From NCBI GenBank assembly GCA_043801585.1, contig JAZDLX010000136.1, positions 1-14,522 of the forward strand: a stretch of DNA of 14,522 nucleotides, given 5' to 3'. Position 1 is the stretch's first letter; each line of letters opens with the position of its first letter. Both the position numbers and the translations under genes were made by a program. Under the pieces are notes generated by a model. It searched no databases. It was given only the letters and a program-made list of their open reading frames with translations, and had not been told where the DNA came from. The stretch is from a bacterium (GTDB lineage: Bacteria; Electryoneota; Electryoneia; Electryoneales; Electryoneaceae). This document shows, piece by piece, positions 1 through 7,874 of this stretch.

Positions 1-1564
1 CCTTCACCCGGTCAAACTGCTGAACGTCAAACACCCAGGGCTCTTCCATGTCGGTCGCTTCGACACGGACGATGCCGTCTACCGGCAACCTGTCAAAGGC
101 GAGCCTGCCGTCAATAGCTGTCAGCGTCCGGTTATAATCCAACTCGAACCAGTCAACGTAACAGCCGCCGCCCAGTTGACGGATGGAGATGGAATTACCG
201 CCGTTTGTCAAGAGACCCGCCGGCACATTCAGCGTCACTTTGGTGCTGCTGAGAGTGTCAAGGGAAACACCGTTGATATTAACTGCGTAGTTGGCCCAGC
301 TCAACGGTTTTATCTGCAACGTCAGGCGTGCTGTGCTGGTTGCGACAGGGTGCTGCACCTGCACGGTCGCCGTGTACTGACTTCCAGCGTCAAGACGGGC
401 AGCGTACCACATCTTGCCGGACACTTCATCGCTGCCGCCGGAATAAATGATGGCATCGTTCTCAACGAAGAGTCGTGATCGTGCCGTCGTGGTGACAGAC
501 GTGGCAGCCTGGTCCGTTCCCAGTGCCTCCATGCGCAGGCCGGGATCGCCGCCTGCGTCCGGGATGTAAAGCCAATAAATGTTGCGACGGGTGAATGGAT
601 TGTTGGTGTGGTCGTATTCACCGCTCGTCGATGATGACAGCCACGTGTTCACGGATCGGCCGAAGAACAGGATGCGGTCGTTCTCGTCGAAACTGCCGTC
701 ATCCTCACCCGTGACTTCGATGGCATTCTCACGAAGAGATGTGTCACGGGAGGCGGTGAAAAATTCCGGGAGAACCTGTCCGCCGTTTCCAAAGAGACGG
801 AACTGCCGAGGATCGACCCCCGTCAGGTCAATGCCCAGGTTCTCGAGGTTGGCGCGGGTGATCTGGTACATCCCTTCGGTTTCGATCTCGATGCGGACCA
901 CTGTTCCACTCGACCACAGGGAAGCGTCCGAAGCGATCACGCGTGCGGCTTTTGCACTCACCGCTGCATGCGGAGTGGCTCCCCATCGGGCGGCGGCTCC
1001 CGGATTCGCCAGTGCGAATTTCGCCAGCCGGTCTTCACGGGGAAATGCCGGAGCCGTTGTTCGCGGATATTCGATGCGGATCGTCATCCGGTTCACGGCC
1101 CGGATGTCTCCGCCTTCGAACCGTTGAGGAACGATGAAGAGTCCGGCCACCCACCGTCCACGCCAGATGCCGGGTTCGGACAGGGTCACAAGATTGATCT
1201 GCGAAAGGTGGGGGAGGTCCGGGTCGAGACCGGGGGCATCCGCCCGGATGTCGGTTCGATCGAAACGGTTGCCCCACTCCACCTTCGCGACCACAATCCG
1301 GGGTTTCTCCGGTCCGGGGAGGCCGATGAGACGGTGAACATAGGGAACAACAGGGCCGCCGCTGCGCAAATCAAAGCTGACACCAGCCGGAGCTGCGAGG
1401 GTGCCGAGAGAATCAACCGAACGGAGATCCCATCCCTCGAAGCTGAATTCAAGGACAGTGGCGCGAGGGGTATCTTCGAGCACACGCATCCCGCCCGCCC
1501 TGATCGTCGACGCGAACAGGACGAGAGCACAGAGTGCAGTGCAGAGGATACGGACCAACCGCAT
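1..1564 (-). CDS. porU: PorU-like type IX secretion system sortase / C25 (gingipain-family) peptidase, N-terminal part; runs off the left edge
   Basis: Manual translation gives an uninterrupted frame of about 521 codons from ATG 1564, with GGGAGG 5 nt upstream. It begins with a signal-peptide-like MRLVRILCTALCALVLFASTIRA, then a C25-propeptide-like region, then PorU-type motifs VRIEIETEGMYQITRANLENLG, DPRQFRLFGNGGQVLPE, ENAIEVTGEDDGSFDENDRILFFG, NNPFTRRNIYWL and YVDWFELDYNRTL. The catalytic C25 domain would lie outside the window. Confidence 0.85.
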   Translation of the reverse strand, partial: MRLVRILCTALCALVLFASTIRAGGMRVLEDTPRATVLEFSFEGWDLRSVDSLGTLAAPAGVSFDLRSGGPVVPYVHRLIGLPGPEKPRIVVAKVEWGNRFDRTDIRADAPGLDPDLPHLSQINLVTLSEPGIWRGRWVAGLFIVPQRFEGGDIRAVNRMTIRIEYPRTTAPAFPREDRLAKFALANPGAAARWGATPHAAVSAKAARVIASDASLWSSGTVVRIEIETEGMYQITRANLENLGIDLTGVDPRQFRLFGNGGQVLPEFFTASRDTSLRENAIEVTGEDDGSFDENDRILFFGRSVNTWLSSSTSGEYDHTNNPFTRRNIYWLYIPDAGGDPGLRMEALGTDQAATSVTTTARSRLFVENDAIIYSGGSDEVSGKMWYAARLDAGSQYTATVQVQHPVATSTARLTLQIKPLSWANYAVNINGVSLDTLSSTKVTLNVPAGLLTNGGNSISIRQLGGGCYVDWFELDYNRTLTAIDGRLAFDRLPVDGIVRVEATDMEEPWVFDVQQFDRVK

Positions 1565-1748
1565 GGAGACCTCCCGTTGCCGGCCTGCGAGTGGGTTGAA
1601 AACACATGGATCGTCCTTCAGCCCGGACTCGGGTCAAGTACATTCCGCGAAGAATGTATCAGGGAAGAACCACTGACCGGTTACAAAACGTCGTGCGGCG
1701 CTCCTTCGTGTGGTAGGTACTTATCTTCAAATACTCCTTCTCATCACC

Positions 1749-1778
1749 AAACTACACTCCTTCGGCGAAAGCTGTCAA
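1749..1778 (-). promoter_or_regulatory. Putative sigma-70 promoter for the porU-like gene
   Basis: Minus strand reads TTGACA (1778-1773), 18-nt spacer, TAGTTT (1754-1749), in the intergenic region upstream of the gene. Confidence 0.45.
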
Positions 1779-1831
1779 GCAAAGGCGAGTTCTCCCGAAA
1801 CCTTTAAACGGGAGCTTCAAGAAACGGATTT

Positions 1832-2281
1832 TCAATCAGAAACGGGTCTTTCATGGACGCCGATCCGTTCCAACAGGTCGCGCAGGGCCTGCGGCATCCG
1901 TTGTGGATGACCCTCCAGGTCCGTGACGACATGCACAGACGAACCGGTAGTCAATACCTCCTCTTCGCCGGAGCGACGGATCTCGTAAAGGAATCGAATC
2001 CTCGTTCTGCCTTCCGGTCTCACCGCGGCTCGGATTTCGATCAGGTCGTCGTAACGTATACGTCCACGGTAGCGCACATGCGCCTCGACGACCGGGATCA
2101 TGAAACCGTGGGTTTCAAAATCCTTGTACGTCAGCCCACCCGCTCTCATCCATTCATTTCGAGCCATCTCGAAATAGAGCAGATAGTTGCCGTAGTACAT
2201 ATGGTCCATTTTATCGATATGCCCGTAGGGTATCCGTGCCGTGGTGATCACCCAGGGAGGTTCGTGTCGAAACGTTGTCAT
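1832..2281 (-). CDS. Acyl-CoA thioesterase, YbgC/FadM (4HBT hotdog-fold) family
   Basis: 149 aa. The motif RIPYGHIDKMDHMYYGNYLLYFEMARNEW retains the family Asp; PVVEAHVRYRGRIRYDDLIEI also matches. Confidence 0.88.
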   Translation of the reverse strand: MTTFRHEPPWVITTARIPYGHIDKMDHMYYGNYLLYFEMARNEWMRAGGLTYKDFETHGFMIPVVEAHVRYRGRIRYDDLIEIRAAVRPEGRTRIRFLYEIRRSGEEEVLTTGSSVHVVTDLEGHPQRMPQALRDLLERIGVHERPVSD

Positions 2282-2337
2282 GGCTCAAGTTCCTGATGCT
2301 TCACGTGATCGTTTGATTGGCAGATTGGGGACCAAAT

Positions 2338-2895
2338 CTACTTCCATTGCACCTTGAATTCTGTATAAGGGTTCGCTTTCGTCAGGCTCGGTCCGATGAA
2401 GACGTTTACCTCACGTCCGCCCGTAAGTTCCGCAGCACGCTGCATATAGCCTGCAATTCGGTTTTCGACAAACGGAGTCATCTCCTCGAACTCGACGATC
2501 CGTATCACCGCTTCGCCCGGTTCGCTCTGTACGACTTCCAATTTGCAGGGATCATAATAGCGGGCCAGAATCTTCGTCGCACATTTGATGATGAAGGAAA
2601 CGTTGGAGACCTTGAGAAAAATCTTCATCAGTGTGGTCATGGCATAATCGGCGCTGTACCGGCCGAGCTCCCATGCGCCCTGGACTTTACCCTGGTAGAA
2701 AACGTCGCACAGTGTTTTTGTCGGTACGCTCAGACCGTCGATCAACGGGTACCACTGGTCCAATCTCGGGTGAGTTTGCAACAGTTCTTTCGATTTATCA
2801 GGCAGCGCGCGGAACCACTTATTGTAAGATTCTTCGCCGAAATGGGTGAGAATAAAGCTTTGCATCGAAATGATGGTAGCTCCCAGGGTTCTCAT
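2338..2895 (-). CDS. Uncharacterised DUF2378/TIGR02265-like protein (probable HNOX/V4R-related fold)
   Basis: 185 aa with pattern FILTHFGEESYNKW...QWYP...AWELGRYSA...IAGYMQRAAELTGG...TEFKVQW, recalled as typical of this family; no HMM was run. Confidence 0.6.
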   Translation of the reverse strand: MRTLGATIISMQSFILTHFGEESYNKWFRALPDKSKELLQTHPRLDQWYPLIDGLSVPTKTLCDVFYQGKVQGAWELGRYSADYAMTTLMKIFLKVSNVSFIIKCATKILARYYDPCKLEVVQSEPGEAVIRIVEFEEMTPFVENRIAGYMQRAAELTGGREVNVFIGPSLTKANPYTEFKVQWK

Positions 2896-2898
2896 TTG

Positions 2899-2910
2899 CC
2901 CCCCCCCCCC
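2899..2910 (-). repeat. G12 homopolymer (C12 on the + strand) at the ribosome-binding position of the DUF2378-like gene
   Basis: Minus strand reads AACA-GGGGGGGGGGGG-CAA-ATG(2895). Confidence 0.9.
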
Positions 2911-2929
2911 TGTTCTTTGTGTTTGAACT

Positions 2930-4300
2930 CTATTTTCTTTTCACCCCCAGGGAAGCGAGCTTCTTGTGCAGGTGTGTCCTCTCCAGCCCGACTAGGCGGG
3001 CAGCTTCCGAAACATTGCCCCCGGTCTGTTCGAGTACCGCTTCCAGGTACCGCTTTTCTGCAGTGGTCCGGACATCCGCAAGGGATGTGCCCACAGGCGG
3101 AATCTCACCCGTGTCGAAGCTCACGGCGGTCGATTCGGCCGCCCCGGAGCGCACCTCCGCGGGAAGATCCTCGATCTCGACTTCCGGGTTGGACGCAAGA
3201 ATGGCGATCCGCTCGATCACGTTGCGCAGTTCACGAATGTTGCCCGGCCAGGAATACAGTTCGAGCACCTCCATTGCTTCCGGTTGCAGCGTCCGTTTTG
3301 GCAGGCCGTTCTGGTGGAATTCATCGAGGAAGTGGTCCACCAGCACCCGGACATCCCCCTGGCGCTTGTGCAGCGGCGGCAGGTCCAGCACCAGCACCGC
3401 CAGACGGAAGTAGAGGTCCTCGCGAAAATTCCCTTCGTCCACTTCGGCCTTTAATTCACGGTGGGTCGCCGCGATCACCCGCACATCCACCTTCTCGGTC
3501 TTTGAGGCGCCGACCGGTTCAAATTCCCCCTCCTGGAGTACACGCAGGACTTTCGCCTGCGCTTCAAGGGAGAGGTCGCCGACCTCATCGAGCAGGAGCG
3601 TGCCGCCGTTGGCCTCCTTGAAAGTGCCGTTTTTGTCGCGCAACGCTCCGGTGAACGCGCCCTTGACATGGCCGAAGAGCACCGATTCCACCAGCTCCTT
3701 TGGAATCGCCGCGCAGTTGACCTTGACGAAGGGTTTGCCTGCCCGTTTGCTCCCTTCGTGGATGGCACGCGCGACCAGTTCCTTTCCGGTGCCGGATTCG
3801 CCGAGGATCAGCACCCGGCCGTCGGTGGGGGCGACTCGGGCGATCCACTGGCGGACATCGTCCATCTGCGGGGATCCACCGATCATCTCGCCGCCGCTGG
3901 TGAGCTTGCTTACCTGGCGGCGGAGACCGCTGACTTCGAGGGCGTTGCGCAGAGTCACCAGGACCCTGTCCTTGTCGAGGGGCTTCTCGAGAAAATCGTA
4001 GGCGCCCTGTTTCACCGCCGCGACGGCGTGTTCCGTGCCCCCATGACCGGAGATCATCACCACCGGCAATCCGGGGAGGATAGCGCGAAGGTGGGTCAGG
4101 AGCTGGATGCCGTCACCGTCCGGGAGTTTCAGGTCGAGCAGGGCGGCGTCGGGACGCTTAGTTTTCGTGAGATCCTTCGCTTCCGCAACCGATTCCGCTT
4201 CCCACACCTCGTACCCTTCACCCTCGAGGATCAGGCGCAGCATGCGGCGGATGTTTTTTTCGTCGTCAACGATGCCAACGGTCAGGGGGCGTTGGGGCAT
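2930..4300 (-). CDS. Sigma-54-dependent response regulator (NtrC/NtrX/AtoC family; receiver, AAA+ and Fis-type HTH domains)
   Basis: Start moved to ATG 4300 (GGAG 7 nt upstream; MPQRPLTVGIVDDE). Receiver motifs LLDLKLP and MISGHG, Walker A GESGTGKE, intact GAFTGA, Walker B LLLDEV, FREDLYFRL, WPGNIREL, and HTH GNVSEAARLVGLERTHLHKKL. Confidence 0.95.
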   Translation of the reverse strand: MPQRPLTVGIVDDEKNIRRMLRLILEGEGYEVWEAESVAEAKDLTKTKRPDAALLDLKLPDGDGIQLLTHLRAILPGLPVVMISGHGGTEHAVAAVKQGAYDFLEKPLDKDRVLVTLRNALEVSGLRRQVSKLTSGGEMIGGSPQMDDVRQWIARVAPTDGRVLILGESGTGKELVARAIHEGSKRAGKPFVKVNCAAIPKELVESVLFGHVKGAFTGALRDKNGTFKEANGGTLLLDEVGDLSLEAQAKVLRVLQEGEFEPVGASKTEKVDVRVIAATHRELKAEVDEGNFREDLYFRLAVLVLDLPPLHKRQGDVRVLVDHFLDEFHQNGLPKRTLQPEAMEVLELYSWPGNIRELRNVIERIAILASNPEVEIEDLPAEVRSGAAESTAVSFDTGEIPPVGTSLADVRTTAEKRYLEAVLEQTGGNVSEAARLVGLERTHLHKKLASLGVKRK

Positions 4301-4510
4301 GTGGATTCTCCGGGTTAAGGGATCGGCAGAAGATAGCAACCACACAGGGATCGAAAATAACCAAAAGAGCATTTCGCTTTCATCGAGGGGAACATGGTGA
4401 TAGAATAGATTCCCCATTCAGAAGTAACTCCTTCATACGATGGGATTAGGCGAGACGGGTGCCACCCTCCGCGAGACCGTGAGGGAGGTGAATCAAGGTC
4501 CGTGATTACA

Positions 4511-4539
4511 TTGTCCAACATTCGGCGGCTATATACTTT
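4511..4539 (+). promoter_or_regulatory. Possible sigma-70 promoter for the HMG-CoA synthase operon
   Basis: TTGTCC (4511-4516), 17-nt spacer, TACTTT (4534-4539); an overlapping TATACT lies at 4532-4537. Confidence 0.3.
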
Positions 4540-4619
4540 GCGTGAAACACAAACAGCAGACAAAGTCACGGAAATATCTTTAAGTCTGTTTGGCGATTGA
4601 CGTGCAACCCGGAGGCATC

Positions 4620-5678
4620 ATGGCGGTTGGCATTGTCGGGTGGGGTGCGAAACTGCCCCGCAACAGGATCAAACTTGAGGAGATCGCAAGTGTCTGGGGT
4701 GCGGATGCGCCCTCCTATAAACGCGGTCTCCTTCTTTTTGAGAAATCTGTTCCCTCGCCGGATGAGGATGTGATCACCCTCGCGGTAGGTGCGGCGCGCA
4801 ACGCGTTGAAACGTGCGGGCATTGACAGAAAGAAGATCGGTGCGATCTACGTCGGCAGCGAATCCCATCCCTATGCGGTGAAACCATCGGGCACAACGGT
4901 CGCCGAGGCCATCGGCCTGACGAACGACGTCCATTGCGCCGATTTCGAATTTGCCTGCAAGGCAGGCAGCGAAGCGATGTATGTCGCCCACAGCCACGTC
5001 AAGGCGAACGAGATGAAATACGCCATCGGCATCGGTGCGGACACCTCCCAGGGCGCTCCCGGAGATGCGCTCGAGTATTCGGCGAGCGCGGGGGCCGCGG
5101 CGTTCATCATGGGCAAAGGCGCGGAGGTTGTCGCGACGATTGACTGCACCCATTCGTGGATGTCCGACACGCCCGACTTCTGGCGCCGCGAGCATGAACA
5201 CTACCCACAGCACGGCGGACGGTTCACCGGCGAGCCTGCCTATTTTCGTACCTCGCTCGGATGCGCGCAGGCACTGATGGAGAAAAGCGGTCTGAAAGCG
5301 AAGGACTTCGCCTACTGTGTGTTCCATCAGCCGAACGGGAAATTTCCCCAGAAGATCGCGAAGATGATGGGGTTCAAAATCGACTCGCCTCAGTTTATTA
5401 CCGGCTGGTTGACCCCCTGGCTCGGGAACACCTACTCGGGTGCATCGCCGATCGGTCTTACGGCGATCCTCGATGTCGCCAAGCCGGGCGACAAGATCTT
5501 CATGGTCAGTTATGGATCGGGCGCCGGGTCGGACGGTTTCGTTTTCACCGTCACCGAGCGGATCAAACAGGTGCAGAGACTCGCGCCATTCACCCGCCCG
5601 CAGCTTGACAAGAACAAACGATACCTCAGTTACGGCGAGTACGCCAAGTACCGCCATAAGATCCTGCGGAATTCATGA
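4620..5678 (+). CDS. mvaS: Hydroxymethylglutaryl-CoA synthase, archaeal type
   Basis: ATG 4620 follows GGAGG (4611-4615); 352 aa. Catalytic Glu in GSESHPYAVKP, Cys in DFEFACKAG, His in VFHQPNGKFP; also GNTYSG, SYGSGAGSD and a YLSYGEYAKY tail, all characteristic of the archaeal clade. Confidence 0.93.
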   Translation: MAVGIVGWGAKLPRNRIKLEEIASVWGADAPSYKRGLLLFEKSVPSPDEDVITLAVGAARNALKRAGIDRKKIGAIYVGSESHPYAVKPSGTTVAEAIGLTNDVHCADFEFACKAGSEAMYVAHSHVKANEMKYAIGIGADTSQGAPGDALEYSASAGAAAFIMGKGAEVVATIDCTHSWMSDTPDFWRREHEHYPQHGGRFTGEPAYFRTSLGCAQALMEKSGLKAKDFAYCVFHQPNGKFPQKIAKMMGFKIDSPQFITGWLTPWLGNTYSGASPIGLTAILDVAKPGDKIFMVSYGSGAGSDGFVFTVTERIKQVQRLAPFTRPQLDKNKRYLSYGEYAKYRHKILRNS

Positions 5679-5769
5679 ATTAAGGGGACACATTACTTAA
5701 TTCAATTTTTCTATCTAAGTTCATTATTTGTAGCGGAGTTTTGAATTAAGTAATGTGTCCCCTTAATTC
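5677..5769. repeat. 93-bp REP/MITE-like doublet: perfect 29-bp inverted repeat with 35-nt spacer
   Basis: GAATTAAGGGGACACATTACTTAATTCAA (5677-5705) and its exact reverse complement (5741-5769). Each arm is itself bounded by GAATTAAG...CTTAATTC. Confidence 0.9.
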
Positions 5770-5785
5770 CCCAAAGGAGCGTACC

Positions 5786-6130
5786 ATGCCGATATCGATT
5801 CCCAAGTGGCCGGAATTCATTCACTCTTTGCCCGAGGCGGACTTGCCCATGGAGGGGTTGCGGGGATGGTTGTTGAACGGACATGACGCTCAGCTACTCT
5901 TTCTTGAAGCGCTGGCTGAAGTGAACGTGTCGGCGCACAGCCACGGTGCCCAGTGGGGGATGGTCGTTGAAGGTTCGATGGAATTCACCATGGACGGTCA
6001 AACCAAAACGATCCGGCAGGGGGATTCCTATTCGGTTCCGGCGGGCAGGGAACATGGGGCGCTGCTGCATAAAGGCTTTCGGGCGATCGACGTTTTTGCG
6101 GATCGGGATCGTTACCGGGTGAAAGAGTAG
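5786..6130 (+). CDS. Cupin domain protein
   Basis: ATG 5786 follows AAGGAG; 114 aa. Cupin motif 1 AHSHGAQWGMVVEG and motif 2 GDSYSVPAGREH. Confidence 0.88.
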   Translation: MPISIPKWPEFIHSLPEADLPMEGLRGWLLNGHDAQLLFLEALAEVNVSAHSHGAQWGMVVEGSMEFTMDGQTKTIRQGDSYSVPAGREHGALLHKGFRAIDVFADRDRYRVKE

Positions 6131-6134
6131 TAGA

Positions 6135-6243
6135 ATTTCTGTCAGGTCATTAGTAAAGCGGAGACCTGACGGAAATGATGGGATTCTGAGGGACAACTGT
6201 TAGACCAATCTGATATCACAGTTTCGTAAAAGACCTGACAGAA
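6135..6243. repeat. GACCTGAC-family REP-like palindromes (three arms); the first pair could also act as a terminator hairpin
   Basis: ATTTCTGTCAGGTC (6135-6148) pairs with GACCTGACGGAAAT (6163-6176, one G-T pair) and also with GACCTGACAGAA (6232-6243). Confidence 0.7.
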
Positions 6244-6260
6244 CGAAAACAGGAGTCGCT

Positions 6261-6581
6261 ATGGATACGATCGTGAGCTTACTCATTATTGTAGTGAGCC
6301 TTTTTGCACTCTGGCTGGTGCTTGACTTTATCGTGCTGAAACGGATATTGATCGGAACTCGGCGTAATTGGCCGGTGGTTGTGATTCTGATGGCTGCTAT
6401 CTCAATTTTCTGGTCGAAAATCAGGACAGGCGATATAGAATTAGCCAGTGCTTGGCTGCATCGCCTTGCATTGCCGATGCTGTTGCTGTTTTCGCTTGCA
6501 TCGCTGATCGTATTGACCATCGGCCTTTTGGAGCAACGCCGAAAAACGGGCGAATCTGCTGAAGAACAGGAGAACCAGTAA
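6261..6581 (+). CDS. Small hypothetical membrane protein (about three TM helices)
   Basis: AGGAG 5 nt upstream of the ATG; 106 aa with three hydrophobic stretches and a charged C-terminal tail; visibly more AT-rich than the flanking enzyme genes. Confidence 0.7.
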   Translation: MDTIVSLLIIVVSLFALWLVLDFIVLKRILIGTRRNWPVVVILMAAISIFWSKIRTGDIELASAWLHRLALPMLLLFSLASLIVLTIGLLEQRRKTGESAEEQENQ

Positions 6582-6718
6582 TCTGAGATGTGCCCGTGTT
6601 CGGTGGACAGGCTCGAATACACTGTTGGTACGGAAAACAGAACGATATGCGACCCGGTTGATCCGTCATCTGGGATAACGATTTGAGATCGAAAACCCTG
6701 AATCGGGGAGAGACAACG

Positions 6719-7873
6719 ATGCGTGATGTCGCTGTGATCGGTATTGGGATGACCCAGTTCGGCGAACTGTGGGAACAGTCCTTCCGAAACCTGTTCGTCG
6801 AGGCGGGAGCCGCCGCGATGAAGGACGCCGGAGTTAAAAAGATCGATTCCATGTACGTGGGATGCATGTCCGGGGGGTTGTTCGTCGGACAGGAACATGT
6901 GGGCAGCCTGATGGCCGATTACCTGGGCGTTTTACCGGCACCCGCTCTCCGTGTCGAGAGCGCCTGCGCCTCCGGGGGAGCCGCAATCCGTCAGGCGTAC
7001 ATGGAAGTCGCCAGCGGAATGTCGGATGTGGTGCTGGCGGGCGGTGTGGAGAAGATGACGGACGTGGACGGTGCGATGGCCACCTACGCCCTCGCCACTG
7101 CCGCCGACGCGGAGTACGAGGGATTTCATGGCGCCACCTTCCCCGGCCTCTACGCGATGATTGCCACCGCCCACATGAAGAGATACAAGACCACCTCCGA
7201 GATGCTGGCGCATGTGGCGGTGAAGAACCATGACAACGGTTCGCTGAATCCCTTCGCACAGTTTCCGCACAAGATCACGGTCAAGCAGGTGCTCGAATCG
7301 ACGATGGTCGCCGATCCGTTGCACATCCTCGACTGCAGCCCGGTGACAGACGGGGCGGCGGCGGTGATCCTCGCTCCGGTGGAACTCGCCGAACGGCTGG
7401 GCAAGCATCCGATTCGGATTATCGGGGTCGGGATGGCGACCGACACCATCGCGCTCCACTCACGCAAGGACTTGACCTGGCTCGGCGCAGTGGAGATTGC
7501 GACAAAGCGCGCTCTCGAAATGGCGAAGATGAAGATTCGGGACATTGATTTCGCCGAGGTCCACGACTGCTTCACCATCGCCGAACTGGCGGTGCTCGAG
7601 GCGATGGGTGTGTACAAACGGGGATATGCCGGTCCCGCGACAAAATCCGGCGAAACCCGGCGTGACGGAAAATTCCCGGTCAACCCCTCAGGCGGTCTCA
7701 AATCAAAGGGGCATCCGGTGGGTGCGACGGGAGTGGCGCAGGTTATCGAGATCGTCAAGCAGCTCCGTGGCGAAGCCGAGGGCGAGCGCCAGTTGAAGAA
7801 TGTCAAGCGGGGCCTCGCCCAGAACATGGGCGGTTCCGGTGGAAGCAGCGTAGTCACCATTTTGGAGGCGTAA
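6719..7873 (+). CDS. Acetyl-CoA acetyltransferase (acetoacetyl-CoA thiolase), archaeal/SCP-x type
   Basis: ATG 6719 follows GGGGAG; 384 aa ([10 protein letters not shown]). Motifs ESACASGG (nucleophile Cys), [29 protein letters not shown] and QNMGG. Confidence 0.93.
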   Translation: MRDVAVIGIGMTQFGELWEQSFRNLFVEAGAAAMKDAGVKKIDSMYVGCMSGGLFVGQEHVGSLMADYLGVLPAPALRVESACASGGAAIRQAYMEVASGMSDVVLAGGVEKMTDVDGAMATYALATAADAEYEGFHGATFPGLYAMIATAHMKRYKTTSEMLAHVAVKNHDNGSLNPFAQFPHKITVKQVLESTMVADPLHILDCSPVTDGAAAVILAPVELAERLGKHPIRIIGVGMATDTIALHSRKDLTWLGAVEIATKRALEMAKMKIRDIDFAEVHDCFTIAELAVLEAMGVYKRGYAGPATKSGETRRDGKFPVNPSGGLKSKGHPVGATGVAQVIEIVKQLRGEAEGERQLKNVKRGLAQNMGGSGGSSVVTILEA

Positions 7874-7874
7874 G

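Noticed and set aside
176..1807. Plus-strand and off-frame ORFs listed over the left end (e.g. 579-1127, 968-1807, 1186-1605)
   Set aside because: They overlap the long porU-like minus-strand frame and have no recognisable motifs, so they are shadow ORFs.
1792..1814. CTCCCG...CGGGAG hairpin as terminator of the thioesterase gene
   Set aside because: It has only a 6-bp stem with an 11-nt loop and no adjacent U-tract on the minus strand, which is too weak to call.
2317..3621. 434-aa plus-strand ORF crossing the C12 tract
   Set aside because: It is antisense to two well-supported genes, is Pro/Arg-rich and low in complexity, and has a TTG start without an RBS.
4301..4417. 39-aa N-terminal extension of the response regulator in the ORF track
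   Set aside because: The receiver domain starts at ATG 4300, which has its own GGAG RBS.
4566..5657. 363-aa antisense ORF opposite HMG-CoA synthase, and similar ORFs opposite the thiolase and at 11952-12794
   Set aside because: Long antisense frames are expected from GC-rich codon bias, and these have no motifs.
6191..6205. GTTAGAC as an integron attC core site
   Set aside because: No matching RYYYAAC inverse core at a suitable distance and no integrase in view.
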